Assembly (NCBI GenBank): GCA_031285625.1
Contig: JAITVV010000029.1
Span: 38,875 to 102,874, forward strand
Origin: Prevotella sp.
GTDB taxonomy: Bacteria > Bacteroidota > Bacteroidia > Bacteroidales > Dysgonomonadaceae
Reading direction: 5' to 3'
Length of the DNA stretch: 64,000 nt
Positions 1 to 10,130 of the stretch are shown here, one piece after another. A model generated the notes under the pieces. The model ran no database searches. It was not told the origin of the DNA and saw nothing but the letters and a program-made list of their open reading frames with translations. Numbering within the stretch: position 1 is the stretch's first letter; every line of letters starts with the position of its first letter. The position numbers and the translations under genes are program-made.

Positions 1-1
1 A

Positions 2-1603
2 CGTGACTATAACAGTACAAACATACCTCCACTACTGATGCGTAACGTTTATCTGCCTCCGTTTCATGAAGCAATAAAGGCCGGAGCTGCCACACTTATG
101 ACATCTTTTAATGATAATGATGGGATTCCTGCCTCAGGAAATGACTATATACTGAAAAATATCCTTCGTGATGAATGGAAATTCGATGGATTTGTTGTAT
201 CAGACTGGGCTTCGATGGGTGAAATGATTCCTCATGGATTTGCCAAAGATGATAAACAAGTGGCTGAAATATCAGCAAATGCAGGCCTTGATATGGAAAT
301 GGTAAGTGGAGCATATATCAAATATTTGCCCGAACTGATAAAAGAGGGTAAAGTGTCGATGGAAACAGTAGATAATGCTGTTCGTAATATATTACGTGTA
401 AAATTCAGAATGGGATTATTTGAAAATCCATATGTGGATACAAAGAGATCATCTGTATTATATGCAGAAGATCATATGAAAGCAGCCAGACAGGCAGCCA
501 TCGAATCTGCTATATTACTGAAAAATGATAATATTCTACCTCTGGCCGAAACCAAGAAAATAGCAATTATCGGGCCTATGGCAGATGCTCCACATGATCA
601 GATGGGGACATGGGTTTTTGACGGAGATAAGAAATATACAGTAACTCCGGTCGGAGCTCTTAAAGGTGAATATAAACATATCAATTATGTATATGAACCT
701 GCTTTGGGATACTCCCGTGATAAGAGTACAGCTAATTTTGAAAAGGCGAAGCGAGCAGCTGAGTCTGCAGATGTAGCAGTAGTATTTTTAGGAGAAGAAG
801 CTATACTTTCAGGTGAAGCTCATTCTTTATCCAATATAAATCTGATTGGAGTACAATCTGACCTGCTAAAAGCAGTAAAAAGCGTAGGTAAACCGGTAGT
901 TCTGGTCATTATGGCAGGTCGCCCATTGACTATCGAACGCGATCTTCCATATGCAGATGCTGTCTTGTTTAATTTCCATCCGGGAACAATGGGTGGTCCG
1001 GCTATTTTGGATTTATTATTCGGAAAAGCTAATCCTAGTGGAAAACTTCCTGCAACATTTGTACGCGAAGTAGGACAGATACCGATGTATTATAACCATA
1101 ATTCTACCGGTCGTCCGGCACCTGAGAAAGTGATGACTCTTGACCAAATTGAGCTGGAAGCAGGACAAACTTCCCTTGGTAATACATCATTCTACCTGGA
1201 TTCGGGGAAAGATCCGTTATTTCCATTCGGATATGGATTGTCATATACCACATTCGAATATTCAAATATAACACTCTCATCTGCTTCTGTACCAATGAAC
1301 GGTACATTGACTGTGAAGGCTACGCTTAAAAATACAGGCAATGTAGACGGTACAGAAGTTGCACAGCTATATGTACAAGATATTGTTGGTTCTGTTGTGC
1401 GCCCTGTAAAGGAGCTGAAAGGATTTCAACGAGTGGAACTTAAAGCTGGGGAAACGAAAACAATTGAATTTAAGTTAACGACAGGCAACCTGGCATTTTA
1501 TGGTCGGGATTTGATTAAAAAGGCTGAAAAAGGTGATTTTAATGTTTGGGTTGGCGGTAATAGTAACGCCACCCTGAAGAGTACTTTCTCTGTGACAGAA
1601 TAA
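2..1603 (+). CDS. GH3 beta-glucosidase (BglX-like), 5' end outside the window
   Basis: Frame is open from base 2 (RDYNSTNIPPLLM...). GH3 motifs MTSFN, FVVSDW (nucleophile Asp), NPSGKLP and PLFPFGYGLSYT; C-terminal FnIII-like EVAQLY..RPVKELKGF. Confidence 0.93.
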   Translation, partial: RDYNSTNIPPLLMRNVYLPPFHEAIKAGAATLMTSFNDNDGIPASGNDYILKNILRDEWKFDGFVVSDWASMGEMIPHGFAKDDKQVAEISANAGLDMEMVSGAYIKYLPELIKEGKVSMETVDNAVRNILRVKFRMGLFENPYVDTKRSSVLYAEDHMKAARQAAIESAILLKNDNILPLAETKKIAIIGPMADAPHDQMGTWVFDGDKKYTVTPVGALKGEYKHINYVYEPALGYSRDKSTANFEKAKRAAESADVAVVFLGEEAILSGEAHSLSNINLIGVQSDLLKAVKSVGKPVVLVIMAGRPLTIERDLPYADAVLFNFHPGTMGGPAILDLLFGKANPSGKLPATFVREVGQIPMYYNHNSTGRPAPEKVMTLDQIELEAGQTSLGNTSFYLDSGKDPLFPFGYGLSYTTFEYSNITLSSASVPMNGTLTVKATLKNTGNVDGTEVAQLYVQDIVGSVVRPVKELKGFQRVELKAGETKTIEFKLTTGNLAFYGRDLIKKAEKGDFNVWVGGNSNATLKSTFSVTE

Positions 1604-1612
1604 AGTACTACA

Positions 1613-1657
1613 AAGGCATAAGAGTCATGTAATCAATGGTTCTTATGCCTTCTTTTT
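1613..1657 (+). terminator. Stem-loop between GH3 and GH5 (terminator or mRNA-stabilising hairpin)
   Basis: AAGGCATAAGA...TCTTATGCCTT followed by a T-run. Confidence 0.55.
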
Positions 1658-1691
1658 ATCAGATTAATATGCAACTATAATATACAATACC

Positions 1692-2936
1692 ATGAAAAAA
1701 TTACTTTATCTCTTGTTTATACCTTTTCTCCTTCTCAGTTGTGAGTCCAGAAAAGAGGAGAAAAAAACTGCCGATCGCTTTTTGCGTGTGGCAGGTCCTG
1801 ATCTTATAAAACCTAATGGGGAGAGATTCTTTATTCAGGGAATTAATCTTGGTAACTGGTTAAACCCTGAGGGCTATATGTTTTTCTTCCAGGATGTGAG
1901 TTCATACCGCCTGATCAATGATGCCTTTTGCGAAATGGCAGGGCCTGATTTTACCAAATGGTTCTGGAAAGAATTCAAGAAGAATTATATAACAGAAGAT
2001 GATATAAAATATATTAAGCAGACAGGGATGAATTCGATAAGGATTCCATTTCATTACAAGCTTTTTACGAATGAAGATTATATGGGACTTGACGCTAACC
2101 ACGACGGATTTGAGCTTATGGATCAGGTTATAGAGTGGTGTCGTCAGCAAGATATGTATGTCATTCTGGATATGCACGATGCTCCGGGAGGACAAACAGG
2201 AGACAATATTGATGACAGCTATGGCTATCCATGGTTGATGGAAAGTGAGGAGAGCAAAGTACTGTTTTGTGATATCTGGAAAAATGTAGCAGAGCATTAT
2301 GCAAATGATACAATTATTCTCGGTTATGACCTACTGAACGAACCGATAGCGCATTATTTCCTTGAAGACTATGCCCATTTGAATGATTCTTTAGAGCCAT
2401 TATACAAAAGATGTGTAGAAACGATACGCACTGTGGATAAGAATCATATTGTATTACTTGGCGGTGCGCAATGGAATGGTAATTTCAAGGTATTTAAAGA
2501 TTCCAAATTTGATGATAAACTGATGTATACTTGCCACCGTTATTGGTGCGATACATTACAAGCCAATATTCAGGATTTCGTACAATTCAGGGATAGTGTA
2601 AACCTGCCTATGTATATGGGAGAGACAGGTGAGAATAACGATCAATGGATTGCAGGCTGGACACGCCTGATGGAGCGAAACAATATAGGCTGGCACTACT
2701 GGCCATATAAGAAAATGGTGCCAAACAGCTGTATGGTAACCATTCCTACTCCTGAAAACTGGGATATAATCGTTGAATATACCAAGATGGATAGGGGCAG
2801 CTTAGCTAAAGTACGTGAAGCTAGACCGGATCAGGCAACAGTTAGAAAAGCAATGACTGACTTGCTTGAGAATATGAAATTCAATAACTGTGTAAAAAAT
2901 GCAGGATATATATCGGCGCTGGGCATGAAGCCTTAG
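1692..2936 (+). CDS. GH5 glycoside hydrolase (cellulase family) lipoprotein
   Basis: Lipobox LLSC; NLGNWL, RIPF, ILDMH, LLNEP (acid/base) and MGETG (nucleophile). Confidence 0.9.
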   Translation: MKKLLYLLFIPFLLLSCESRKEEKKTADRFLRVAGPDLIKPNGERFFIQGINLGNWLNPEGYMFFFQDVSSYRLINDAFCEMAGPDFTKWFWKEFKKNYITEDDIKYIKQTGMNSIRIPFHYKLFTNEDYMGLDANHDGFELMDQVIEWCRQQDMYVILDMHDAPGGQTGDNIDDSYGYPWLMESEESKVLFCDIWKNVAEHYANDTIILGYDLLNEPIAHYFLEDYAHLNDSLEPLYKRCVETIRTVDKNHIVLLGGAQWNGNFKVFKDSKFDDKLMYTCHRYWCDTLQANIQDFVQFRDSVNLPMYMGETGENNDQWIAGWTRLMERNNIGWHYWPYKKMVPNSCMVTIPTPENWDIIVEYTKMDRGSLAKVREARPDQATVRKAMTDLLENMKFNNCVKNAGYISALGMKP

Positions 2937-2991
2937 CTGAAAAACTAAATCTCTTCGCTTAGTGATTAAGCGTATTGTAAATGGAGGTTGA

Positions 2992-3024
2992 AAAAGGGGT
3001 TATCTTGCTGGGGTAATCCCTTTT
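2992..3024. terminator. Bidirectional intrinsic terminator
   Basis: AAAAGGGGTTATC...GGTAATCCCTTTT between convergent genes. Confidence 0.6.
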
Positions 3025-3379
3025 ATTTATCCTCTTCCTGCTCTTTCTTATACGCCATGGGTAAGGCAACAGAGCAGTAGAGAGTAAGTACAGCGGCAAT
3101 AAGCAATGTTACTACCCATCCGCTCATATCTATAAACATCAGGTAAGTGGAAACACACATCAGCAATACGGAAAGTATCTGAATATTGAATAACCGTTTC
3201 CCGCGCAGGCTTTTTCCCGGATATGGAGTTGTGAACGTTATAGCAGCGTATCCGGAAACACCTGCTACCATTACAAATTTAGCAATGTCGGGACGGAAGA
3301 AGTAAGTTGCAGCTGCTATAAGAATAAGAATAGCGGATATTTGAAAAATTATATTTTTAAGCTTTGTATTTTGCTTCAT
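3023..3379 (-). CDS. Small membrane protein with about 4 TM segments, function unknown
   Basis: 118 aa with four hydrophobic stretches; 8 bp downstream of the ftsB-like gene. Confidence 0.75.
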   Translation of the reverse strand: MKQNTKLKNIIFQISAILILIAAATYFFRPDIAKFVMVAGVSGYAAITFTTPYPGKSLRGKRLFNIQILSVLLMCVSTYLMFIDMSGWVVTLLIAAVLTLYCSVALPMAYKKEQEEDK

Positions 3380-3387
3380 TACACAGA

Positions 3388-3690
3388 TTATTCTACAATG
3401 AAAACATCTTCATTTTCTTTTTTCATCAGATAATTTTCACGGGCAAACTTTTCGATGCGGTCTTTGTCTGATTCCAGTAGTTTAAGTTTTTGCTTATCTT
3501 CCTCTGTCTGATTGCGATAGTGATCAATTTGTCCGTTTAGTTCCATTATTTTCGCATCATAGCCAAACCGTGCAAAAATATTGCTATCGGTAATAAAGAA
3601 TGCGAAAAGAATGATTACCAATATAATAAGTAGCTGTACTTTTGTATATCTGGTAATAAGATAATTGAATATCGATCGAAAAAATTTCAT
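3388..3690 (-). CDS. ftsB: Septum formation initiator (FtsB/DivIC family)
   Basis: One TM segment, then a coiled coil and the motif IEKFARENYLMKKENEDVF. Confidence 0.85.
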   Translation of the reverse strand: MKFFRSIFNYLITRYTKVQLLIILVIILFAFFITDSNIFARFGYDAKIMELNGQIDHYRNQTEEDKQKLKLLESDKDRIEKFARENYLMKKENEDVFIVE

Positions 3691-3786
3691 AAACTGAAAA
3701 AAATTAAGTCAATGCTATTTCATTAAACTCATGTTGCAAAGATATATATTTGTAGTTGTAAATTAAAGAAATAAGGTTAAAAGATA

Positions 3787-4542
3787 ATGAGTGGAATAGA
3801 AAAAATAAAAGAATTCAGCAGGCTTTTATATGAAAAATCAAATGGTATTTTTTTAGATCCTGCTGACGAAGATATAGGAAAAACAATTTGTGAAATCAAA
3901 CTTTCTTCCGATATAGTATTGATTCTACCACGTACAAAAGACTTGTCGAATATCCGGTTTTATAAAAATGTGAAGATTATAGAAATCAACAACTATAAGT
4001 TAGATAAAGCTAAATATAAAATATTGGAGCAAAACGCAGATTTGCTGGAGCAGGTAACACACTTACGAATATGGAATAACAAGCAGGACGATTTGGGCTT
4101 GTTGAAACTATTTCCTAATCTGACTCATTTGCAGATTTCTTATATCAGAAAAGATCATTCTTTCTTTAAAGAGCTTGAGTCACTTCGCCATTTGCAGGTG
4201 TTGTGGTTGTTCAGCCTTTCAAGATTAGAAAATTTACAATTTCTAGAATATGTAAAAAGTGATTTGGTAGCGTTGGGGATAGAATCTACCAAAACGCTGA
4301 AAAGCTTCTCCGGTTTGGAGAATATTCCTTCCTTACAGTTTCTTTCTATGTGGGGTTCTACTTACGAAAGCGCAAAGTTTATTACATTGGATAATCTGGA
4401 TGGAATAGAAACATTGTCAAATTTAACCGAACTGGAGATTAAGTTCTATAGATTTGATATAGATGATTTGAAACATAGGCTAAAAGGATTGAAATATCTA
4501 AAGAGTTATACAGTAGATAAAAATATCTATCAGAATAGTTAA
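3787..4542 (+). CDS. Leucine-rich-repeat protein, no signal peptide
   Basis: Repeated LxxLxxLxL units: FPNLTHLQI, LRHLQVLWL, IPSLQFLSM, LSNLTELEI. Confidence 0.75.
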   Translation: MSGIEKIKEFSRLLYEKSNGIFLDPADEDIGKTICEIKLSSDIVLILPRTKDLSNIRFYKNVKIIEINNYKLDKAKYKILEQNADLLEQVTHLRIWNNKQDDLGLLKLFPNLTHLQISYIRKDHSFFKELESLRHLQVLWLFSLSRLENLQFLEYVKSDLVALGIESTKTLKSFSGLENIPSLQFLSMWGSTYESAKFITLDNLDGIETLSNLTELEIKFYRFDIDDLKHRLKGLKYLKSYTVDKNIYQNS

Positions 4543-4543
4543 A

Positions 4544-5443
4544 ATGGCAAAGGAAGATAATATAGCAAAAAAATATAGGAACTATCTGCTTTTGGAAAAG
4601 TCGTTGTCGCCTAATTCTATCGATGCTTATCTGACCGATCTGGCTAAACTTTCGGACTTCCTCGAAAACGAGAATCTGAAAGTGGAAGATATTACCCTCG
4701 ATAATCTTCAACAGTTTGTCGCACAGCTTTATGATATCGGAATCAATGCCCGGTCTGTAGCTCGTATCATTTCAGGGATAAAGTCTTTCTATAACTTTTT
4801 GGTGCTGGATGGTTATATGCAAACAGACCCGACAGAATTGCTGGAAACGCCAAAGATCGGTTTGAAATTACCAACCGTCCTTTCTCTTGATGAAATTGAA
4901 AAACTAATGTCCGTAATTGATTTATCCACAAAAGAAGGGCAGCGCAATAGAGCCATTCTCGAAACACTGTATAGTTGCGGATTACGTATTTCGGAGTTGA
5001 CCAAACTAAAATTTTCAGACTTATTTTTTGATGAGGGTTTTATCAAAGTGGAAGGTAAAGGGAGTAAGCAACGCCTTGTTCCTATTTCGCATACAGCGAT
5101 AAAAGAGATAGAGAAGTTTTTATATTATCGCAGGGAAATAAATGTGAAGAAAGGTTCGGAAGATGCTTTGTTTTTAAGTAACCGTGGTACCCCGATCTCA
5201 CGCATTATGGTTTTCCATTTTATAAAAGAATATGCCATACAGGCAGGGATAAAGAAAACAATCAGTCCGCATACGTTTCGCCATTCATTTGCAACTCATT
5301 TGCTTGAAGGTGGAGCAAATATCCGTGCAATACAATTGATGCTGGGCCATGAAAAAATTACCACGACTGAGATATATACTCATATGGACAGGGAATATCT
5401 GCGGCAGGAGATCATAGAGCATCATCCTCGCAATAAGGTATAA
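4544..5443 (+). CDS. xerD: Site-specific tyrosine recombinase XerD
   Basis: LYSCGLRISEL, GKGSKQR, SPHTFRHSFATHLLEGGA, LGH..TTEIYTH and C-terminal HHPR. Confidence 0.92.
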   Translation: MAKEDNIAKKYRNYLLLEKSLSPNSIDAYLTDLAKLSDFLENENLKVEDITLDNLQQFVAQLYDIGINARSVARIISGIKSFYNFLVLDGYMQTDPTELLETPKIGLKLPTVLSLDEIEKLMSVIDLSTKEGQRNRAILETLYSCGLRISELTKLKFSDLFFDEGFIKVEGKGSKQRLVPISHTAIKEIEKFLYYRREINVKKGSEDALFLSNRGTPISRIMVFHFIKEYAIQAGIKKTISPHTFRHSFATHLLEGGANIRAIQLMLGHEKITTTEIYTHMDREYLRQEIIEHHPRNKV

Positions 5444-5515
5444 AAATTGAACCGCCCATAGTGATATCCAAGGGCGGCTCTTGCTTCATTGCTGCTTGTT
5501 AAATGTCTGTCAATA

Positions 5516-7456
5516 TTAGTGTTGTGTAATTCCCTTCCAATTGTCTGTTCTGAATGGTGTTGCCGGTAATCCTTCTTTATTGAACAGGTTCACATCCGGA
5601 TTATTCGACCATGAATAGCGTACAGCTACCGGATTGGCTACTTTATCTGAATATACAACAACCTTATTCCCATCAAGATATGCTTTTGCCCATTCAAAAT
5701 TTTGGTCGGCTCCTGCTATTGCAAAACCTTCTATGTATCCGTATTTATTATTTACAGATAGCCCTTGCCCTATATTATTATACTCAATAATAGCTTTTTT
5801 ACCTTCAATATTCATTGCTTTGAAAGTAGGACCTGAATATACAATATCTGTTTTACCATAATCCTTGTTCAGAGCGATAAGTGCAAGGCGTAGGCCTACA
5901 TCCTGCTTGTTGCGAGGGTGTATATCATCGGCATCGCCAATGTCTGTGATTACAGCCTGCCCGGTCTGAGGTAATGAGAGCGTCATTGTTTGTGCTTCAC
6001 GCAATTCGGCCCATTCACTATCTTTTGGTGTATTATCTTTTGCCATAAAGTTGGCCAGTTGTACCCAGTAGAAAGGAAATTCATAGCCCCATTTTTCACG
6101 CCAGTTGTTTATCATGGTAGGGAATAGTGTACGGTAATTATATGCCTGTGATGCATTATTCTCTCCTTGATACCAGATAGCGCCCTTGATAGATAGTTGC
6201 GTAATAGGGTTTATCATGGCATTGTAGAGTAGGGAATAATACATATTAGGAGACATGTCAATGTAGTTGAACATTTTATTTGTAACTGCTTCTTTGTATA
6301 ACCATTCTCCTGCCAGTGGATATTCACCATTTTGTGTTCTCAGATATATATCATCAGCTTTTCCATAAATGCCTCCGCCACCGCTATAATCTGTTACCTT
6401 TATGATTATGGTATTTTCTCCTGCCTTGAGTACGTTTGCAGGAATTTCATAAACTCTGTTTGTTGCATAGCCTGCTGTTTCGCCAACTTTTATACCATTT
6501 ATCCATGTGATGTCATTATCATCGATTGGCCCTAGTTGAATTGTTGCGGCTTTTCCTTCATCCTCTTTTGGCAGAGTAAGGTTATATCTGAACCATATTA
6601 TTCCGTCTACATTACCTAGTACATTTTCCCATAACTGAGGTATCTGCATTTTTTGCCAGTCCGATATATTGGTTGATGGTTCATACCAATTGCCGCTCAG
6701 TCCCGGATCATTGTTCATTGCCTCTACATATTTAGCCCTGCTTATTTCGTTATCTTTGGCCTGCAGGTCAAAATTTGTGATATCTATGCTTTTGTATCTT
6801 TCCCTGAATTGTTGAGGAAGTTTGCTAAAGGCATCAGCGCTTGTCCATGTCTCTATATCTGTTCCACCCCACGAAGAATTGATGATACCCACAGGCATAT
6901 TTAGTTCTTTATTCAATTTACGAGCAAAGAAATAAGCTACAGCGGAGAAATTGGCAACAGTATGAGGTGAACATACCTGCCATGCGCCATTTAGCTCGTC
7001 TTTAGGTTTTGTACTTATATCTTTATCTACATTGAATGTCCGTATCTGGGGGTGATTAGCCTCTCTTATTTCGGTAGTGGCATTCATTATGTTCTCTACT
7101 GTCCATTCCATGTTGGACTGACCCGAGCATAACCAGACTTCTCCTACAAGAATATTATCGAAAGAAATTTTATTGTTCTTTCCTTTCACTTCCATAGTAT
7201 AAGGGCCGCCATATGCTACCGGATCGAGAAGTAAAATCCAGTTGCCGTTCTTATCTGCTTTTACTTTTTTTGTCTGATTGATAAAGCTGACCTCTACGGT
7301 TTCATTTTTGTCTGCCCATCCCCATATTTTTATAGGTTTATCACGTTGCAGTACCATATTGTCAGAGAAGATACGAGGCAATTTAACTTCTGCATGTAAG
7401 TTTGCCAAAACTAAGCTGAAACAGCAAAGAAAAAAGAGTTTGATGTTTTTATTCAT
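5516..7456 (-). CDS. Sialate/9-O-acetylesterase (SASA) with an inserted GH2-like sugar-binding domain
   Basis: Signal peptide; FSDNMVLQR, GEVWLCSGQSNM, WYQGE and DIHPRNK; internal LGPIDDND..WING segment. Confidence 0.88.
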   Translation of the reverse strand: MNKNIKLFFLCCFSLVLANLHAEVKLPRIFSDNMVLQRDKPIKIWGWADKNETVEVSFINQTKKVKADKNGNWILLLDPVAYGGPYTMEVKGKNNKISFDNILVGEVWLCSGQSNMEWTVENIMNATTEIREANHPQIRTFNVDKDISTKPKDELNGAWQVCSPHTVANFSAVAYFFARKLNKELNMPVGIINSSWGGTDIETWTSADAFSKLPQQFRERYKSIDITNFDLQAKDNEISRAKYVEAMNNDPGLSGNWYEPSTNISDWQKMQIPQLWENVLGNVDGIIWFRYNLTLPKEDEGKAATIQLGPIDDNDITWINGIKVGETAGYATNRVYEIPANVLKAGENTIIIKVTDYSGGGGIYGKADDIYLRTQNGEYPLAGEWLYKEAVTNKMFNYIDMSPNMYYSLLYNAMINPITQLSIKGAIWYQGENNASQAYNYRTLFPTMINNWREKWGYEFPFYWVQLANFMAKDNTPKDSEWAELREAQTMTLSLPQTGQAVITDIGDADDIHPRNKQDVGLRLALIALNKDYGKTDIVYSGPTFKAMNIEGKKAIIEYNNIGQGLSVNNKYGYIEGFAIAGADQNFEWAKAYLDGNKVVVYSDKVANPVAVRYSWSNNPDVNLFNKEGLPATPFRTDNWKGITQH

Positions 7457-7548
7457 GGTGTGTGTATTAGACAGCGTAAGTAAAAGAGATTATTTAATGC
7501 AACATTATTTAACCGACTATTGCTGTTGCAGATACAAAAGTAATAAAT

Positions 7549-7561
7549 AGGTCTGAGACCT
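7549..7561. repeat. 13-bp palindrome family AGGTCTGWGACCT, copy 1
   Basis: AATAAAT-AGGTCTGAGACCT-TA; see findings. Confidence 0.7.
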
Positions 7562-7613
7562 TAAAATAAATATTAAAAATCTATTTAGATAATTTTGATA
7601 GGTATATAAATTT

Positions 7614-7645
7614 AAAAAACCGATACATTTTAGTATATCGGTTTT
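7614..7645 (-). terminator. Probable terminator of the small secreted-protein gene
   Basis: AAAACCGATA...TATCGGTTTT with an A-run on the + strand. Confidence 0.55.
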
Positions 7646-7672
7646 CATTTTTAATCTAACTGAATATCAAAT

Positions 7673-7978
7673 TTATTTCTTTGATTTGCTATTCCATTCT
7701 TTTTTAGCATCGCTCTTTAGTGTATTAGCATCTTTTTTAGCATTCTGAATATCACTTTTAGCATCCTTCTTCGCAGTTTTTACTTCTGCACCAGCTCCCT
7801 TTTCAACTTTCTTCATATCAGATTTTGCATCTTTTTTAGCTTCGCCCAATTCAGTTTTAGCTTTTTGGCTTTCTGTTTTTATTTCTTGTTTAGCTTTAGG
7901 AAGTACACCTTGAGCCATCATATTTGCAGAAGCAAACAGAGCAACTGCTATAATACCTGAGAGAATAATCTTTTTCAT
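7673..7978 (-). CDS. Small secreted Lys/Ala-rich 11-mer repeat protein (LEA/hydrophilin-like)
   Basis: Likely start MKKIILSG at 7978; signal peptide ends ...MMA|Q; six tandem 11-residue units. Confidence 0.75.
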   Translation of the reverse strand: MKKIILSGIIAVALFASANMMAQGVLPKAKQEIKTESQKAKTELGEAKKDAKSDMKKVEKGAGAEVKTAKKDAKSDIQNAKKDANTLKSDAKKEWNSKSKK

Positions 7979-8237
7979 AATTTTAATTTCTAATATTGTT
8001 TTAGAATTGAAACTTAATTCTGTCATAAAACACAGAGATATTTCGCTTTGTTTTTGAAGAAGCCTGAATTATTTATCCTCTCTTGTGTAAATATTGCTAA
8101 AGAATATTTACGATATTTAAAATGGCTGATTAGGATATTCTTAATTACATATTTTACTCTTTTCATTACCGAAACAAAAAAAGTCTATCTTTGTTATAAT
8201 ATTCGGATTCCAACTAAAAAAAATATTTTAAGTTCAT

Positions 8238-10085
8238 ATGAATTACTTCAACTATAAAAGACGTTTGTCATCCGAAACCAGAATAGGAAATACTCCTCTT
8301 GGCGGAAATAATCCTATCCGGGTGCAATCGATGACTAATACCAATACAAACGATACTGAGGCTAGTGCCGAGCAGGTTATTAAAATAGTACAGGCCGGTG
8401 CCGATTATGTCCGCCTGACAGCTCAGGGTGTGCGTGAAGCTGAAAATCTGAAGAATATAAAAGATGTGGTAAGAGGGCAGGGATACAATACTCCTCTTAT
8501 TGCAGATATACACTTCAATCCGCGTGCGGCGGAATCTGCAGCCCGGATAGTGGAGAAAGTCCGGGTAAATCCGGGTAACTTTGTGGACAGGGTGAAAACT
8601 TTTGCTACATTCGAATATACTGACGAAGAATATGCTCAGGAAATAGACAAAATTAGAGCTAAGCTTGTTCCGTTAATCGATATATGTAAAGAGCATAAGA
8701 CCGCGATTCGTATAGGTGTGAATCACGGCTCCTTATCAGACCGTATTATGAGCCGTTATGGCGATACCCCTGAGGGTATGGTGGAATCGTGTATGGAATT
8801 CCTGCATATATGTATTAATGAAGGTTTTAAGGATATTGTGATTTCTATGAAGACTTCCAATACTGTGGTTATGTCAAAAGCGGTACGGTTACTTATCGAC
8901 AGAATGGAGAAAGAGGGACTTAGTTTCCCTTTACACCTGGGTGTAACCGAGGCCGGGGATGGAGAAGATGGACGAATAAAGTCGGCAGTAGGTATTGGCT
9001 CTCTTCTTTCGGATGGGATAGGCGATACTATACGTGTCTCACTTAGCGAAGATCCGGAACTGGAGGTTCCGGTTGCCCGTAAGCTGGTGGCTTATATGAA
9101 ACAAAAGGAAAACCATCCTGAAATAATAGCCAAGGCAAGTGATAAATTCTCTCCTTTCTCTACTGATCGTAGAGAAACCTATGTAGTGGGTAATATTGGC
9201 GGTGATAGTGTACCTGTGGTAATATCCGACCGTTCGCATGGAAATTTTGAGCTGAATAGCCACTTCCTGCCTGATTATATATATGTAGGAAAAGAGCTGC
9301 CTGTTGGGGCTCCACGTGCGATACCTTCTATTATAGATATTGAAGGTTGGACTGAGGAAAAGAATACATATCCATTGTTTAATAGATCAAATTGGGAGAG
9401 GATCAAAGGTACAACTGTAGCTATTAAATTTCTTCAATTGTCTTATCCTGATCTGGATGATGGTATTATATCTCTATTGAAGGTAGATAAAACGATTGTT
9501 CTGATTATAGCCACTGATCATATTAATGGAGTCGGTGAGCAACGGGCACTTGTACACACACTGATGAATAATGATTGTGATACCCCGGTTGTTTTTTGCC
9601 GCCATTATACTGAGAATGAATCGGAAGATCTGCAGATAAAAGCCGGTGCGGACTTTGGAACCCTCTATCTTGATGGTTTTGGCAATGGTATTATGTTACA
9701 GAATGAAGGAGATATCTCGCAGAAGAATATAGATGCTTATATGTTTGGCATTTTGCAGGCATCACGTGTACGTACCAGCAAAACAGAATATATTTCGTGT
9801 CCTAGCTGTGGACGTACCTTATTTGATTTGCAGACCACCGTTGCTTTAGTAAAGGGAGCTACTTCACATCTGAAGCACCTTAAGATAGGTGTGATGGGTT
9901 GTATTGTAAATGGTCCAGGCGAAATGGCTGATGCCGATTATGGCTATGTAGGTGCTGAAAGAGGCAAAATCTCTTTATACAAGAAGAAGAATCTTATAGA
10001 TAAGAATATCCCGTCGGAAGAAGCGGTAGAGAGGCTTGTTCAACTGATAAAAGATAATGGAGACTGGGTGGAACCGGAAAACTGA
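8238..10085 (+). CDS. ispG: (E)-4-hydroxy-3-methylbut-2-enyl diphosphate synthase, long (three-domain) form
   Basis: VQSMT, ADIHF, RVNPGN, RIGVNHGSL and LHLGVTEAG; Fe-S ligands SCPSCGR..MGCIVNGPGE. Confidence 0.96.
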   Translation: MNYFNYKRRLSSETRIGNTPLGGNNPIRVQSMTNTNTNDTEASAEQVIKIVQAGADYVRLTAQGVREAENLKNIKDVVRGQGYNTPLIADIHFNPRAAESAARIVEKVRVNPGNFVDRVKTFATFEYTDEEYAQEIDKIRAKLVPLIDICKEHKTAIRIGVNHGSLSDRIMSRYGDTPEGMVESCMEFLHICINEGFKDIVISMKTSNTVVMSKAVRLLIDRMEKEGLSFPLHLGVTEAGDGEDGRIKSAVGIGSLLSDGIGDTIRVSLSEDPELEVPVARKLVAYMKQKENHPEIIAKASDKFSPFSTDRRETYVVGNIGGDSVPVVISDRSHGNFELNSHFLPDYIYVGKELPVGAPRAIPSIIDIEGWTEEKNTYPLFNRSNWERIKGTTVAIKFLQLSYPDLDDGIISLLKVDKTIVLIIATDHINGVGEQRALVHTLMNNDCDTPVVFCRHYTENESEDLQIKAGADFGTLYLDGFGNGIMLQNEGDISQKNIDAYMFGILQASRVRTSKTEYISCPSCGRTLFDLQTTVALVKGATSHLKHLKIGVMGCIVNGPGEMADADYGYVGAERGKISLYKKKNLIDKNIPSEEAVERLVQLIKDNGDWVEPEN

Positions 10086-10086
10086 T

Positions 10087-10119
10087 AATTAAAGAGGAGC
10101 AAATAGCTCCTTTTTAATT
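10087..10119. terminator. Bidirectional terminator
   Basis: AATTAAAGAGGAGC-aaata-GCTCCTTTTTAATT between convergent genes. Confidence 0.75.
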
Positions 10120-10130
10120 TATATAGTATC

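Noticed and set aside
4544-5443. Tyrosine recombinase as a sign of a prophage or integrative element
   Set aside because: Length and motifs fit housekeeping XerD; no att repeats, tRNA or mobility genes are nearby.
8238-10085. Extra ~250-aa internal domain in IspG
   Set aside because: This is the known long form of IspG found in Bacteroidetes, Chlamydiae and plants.
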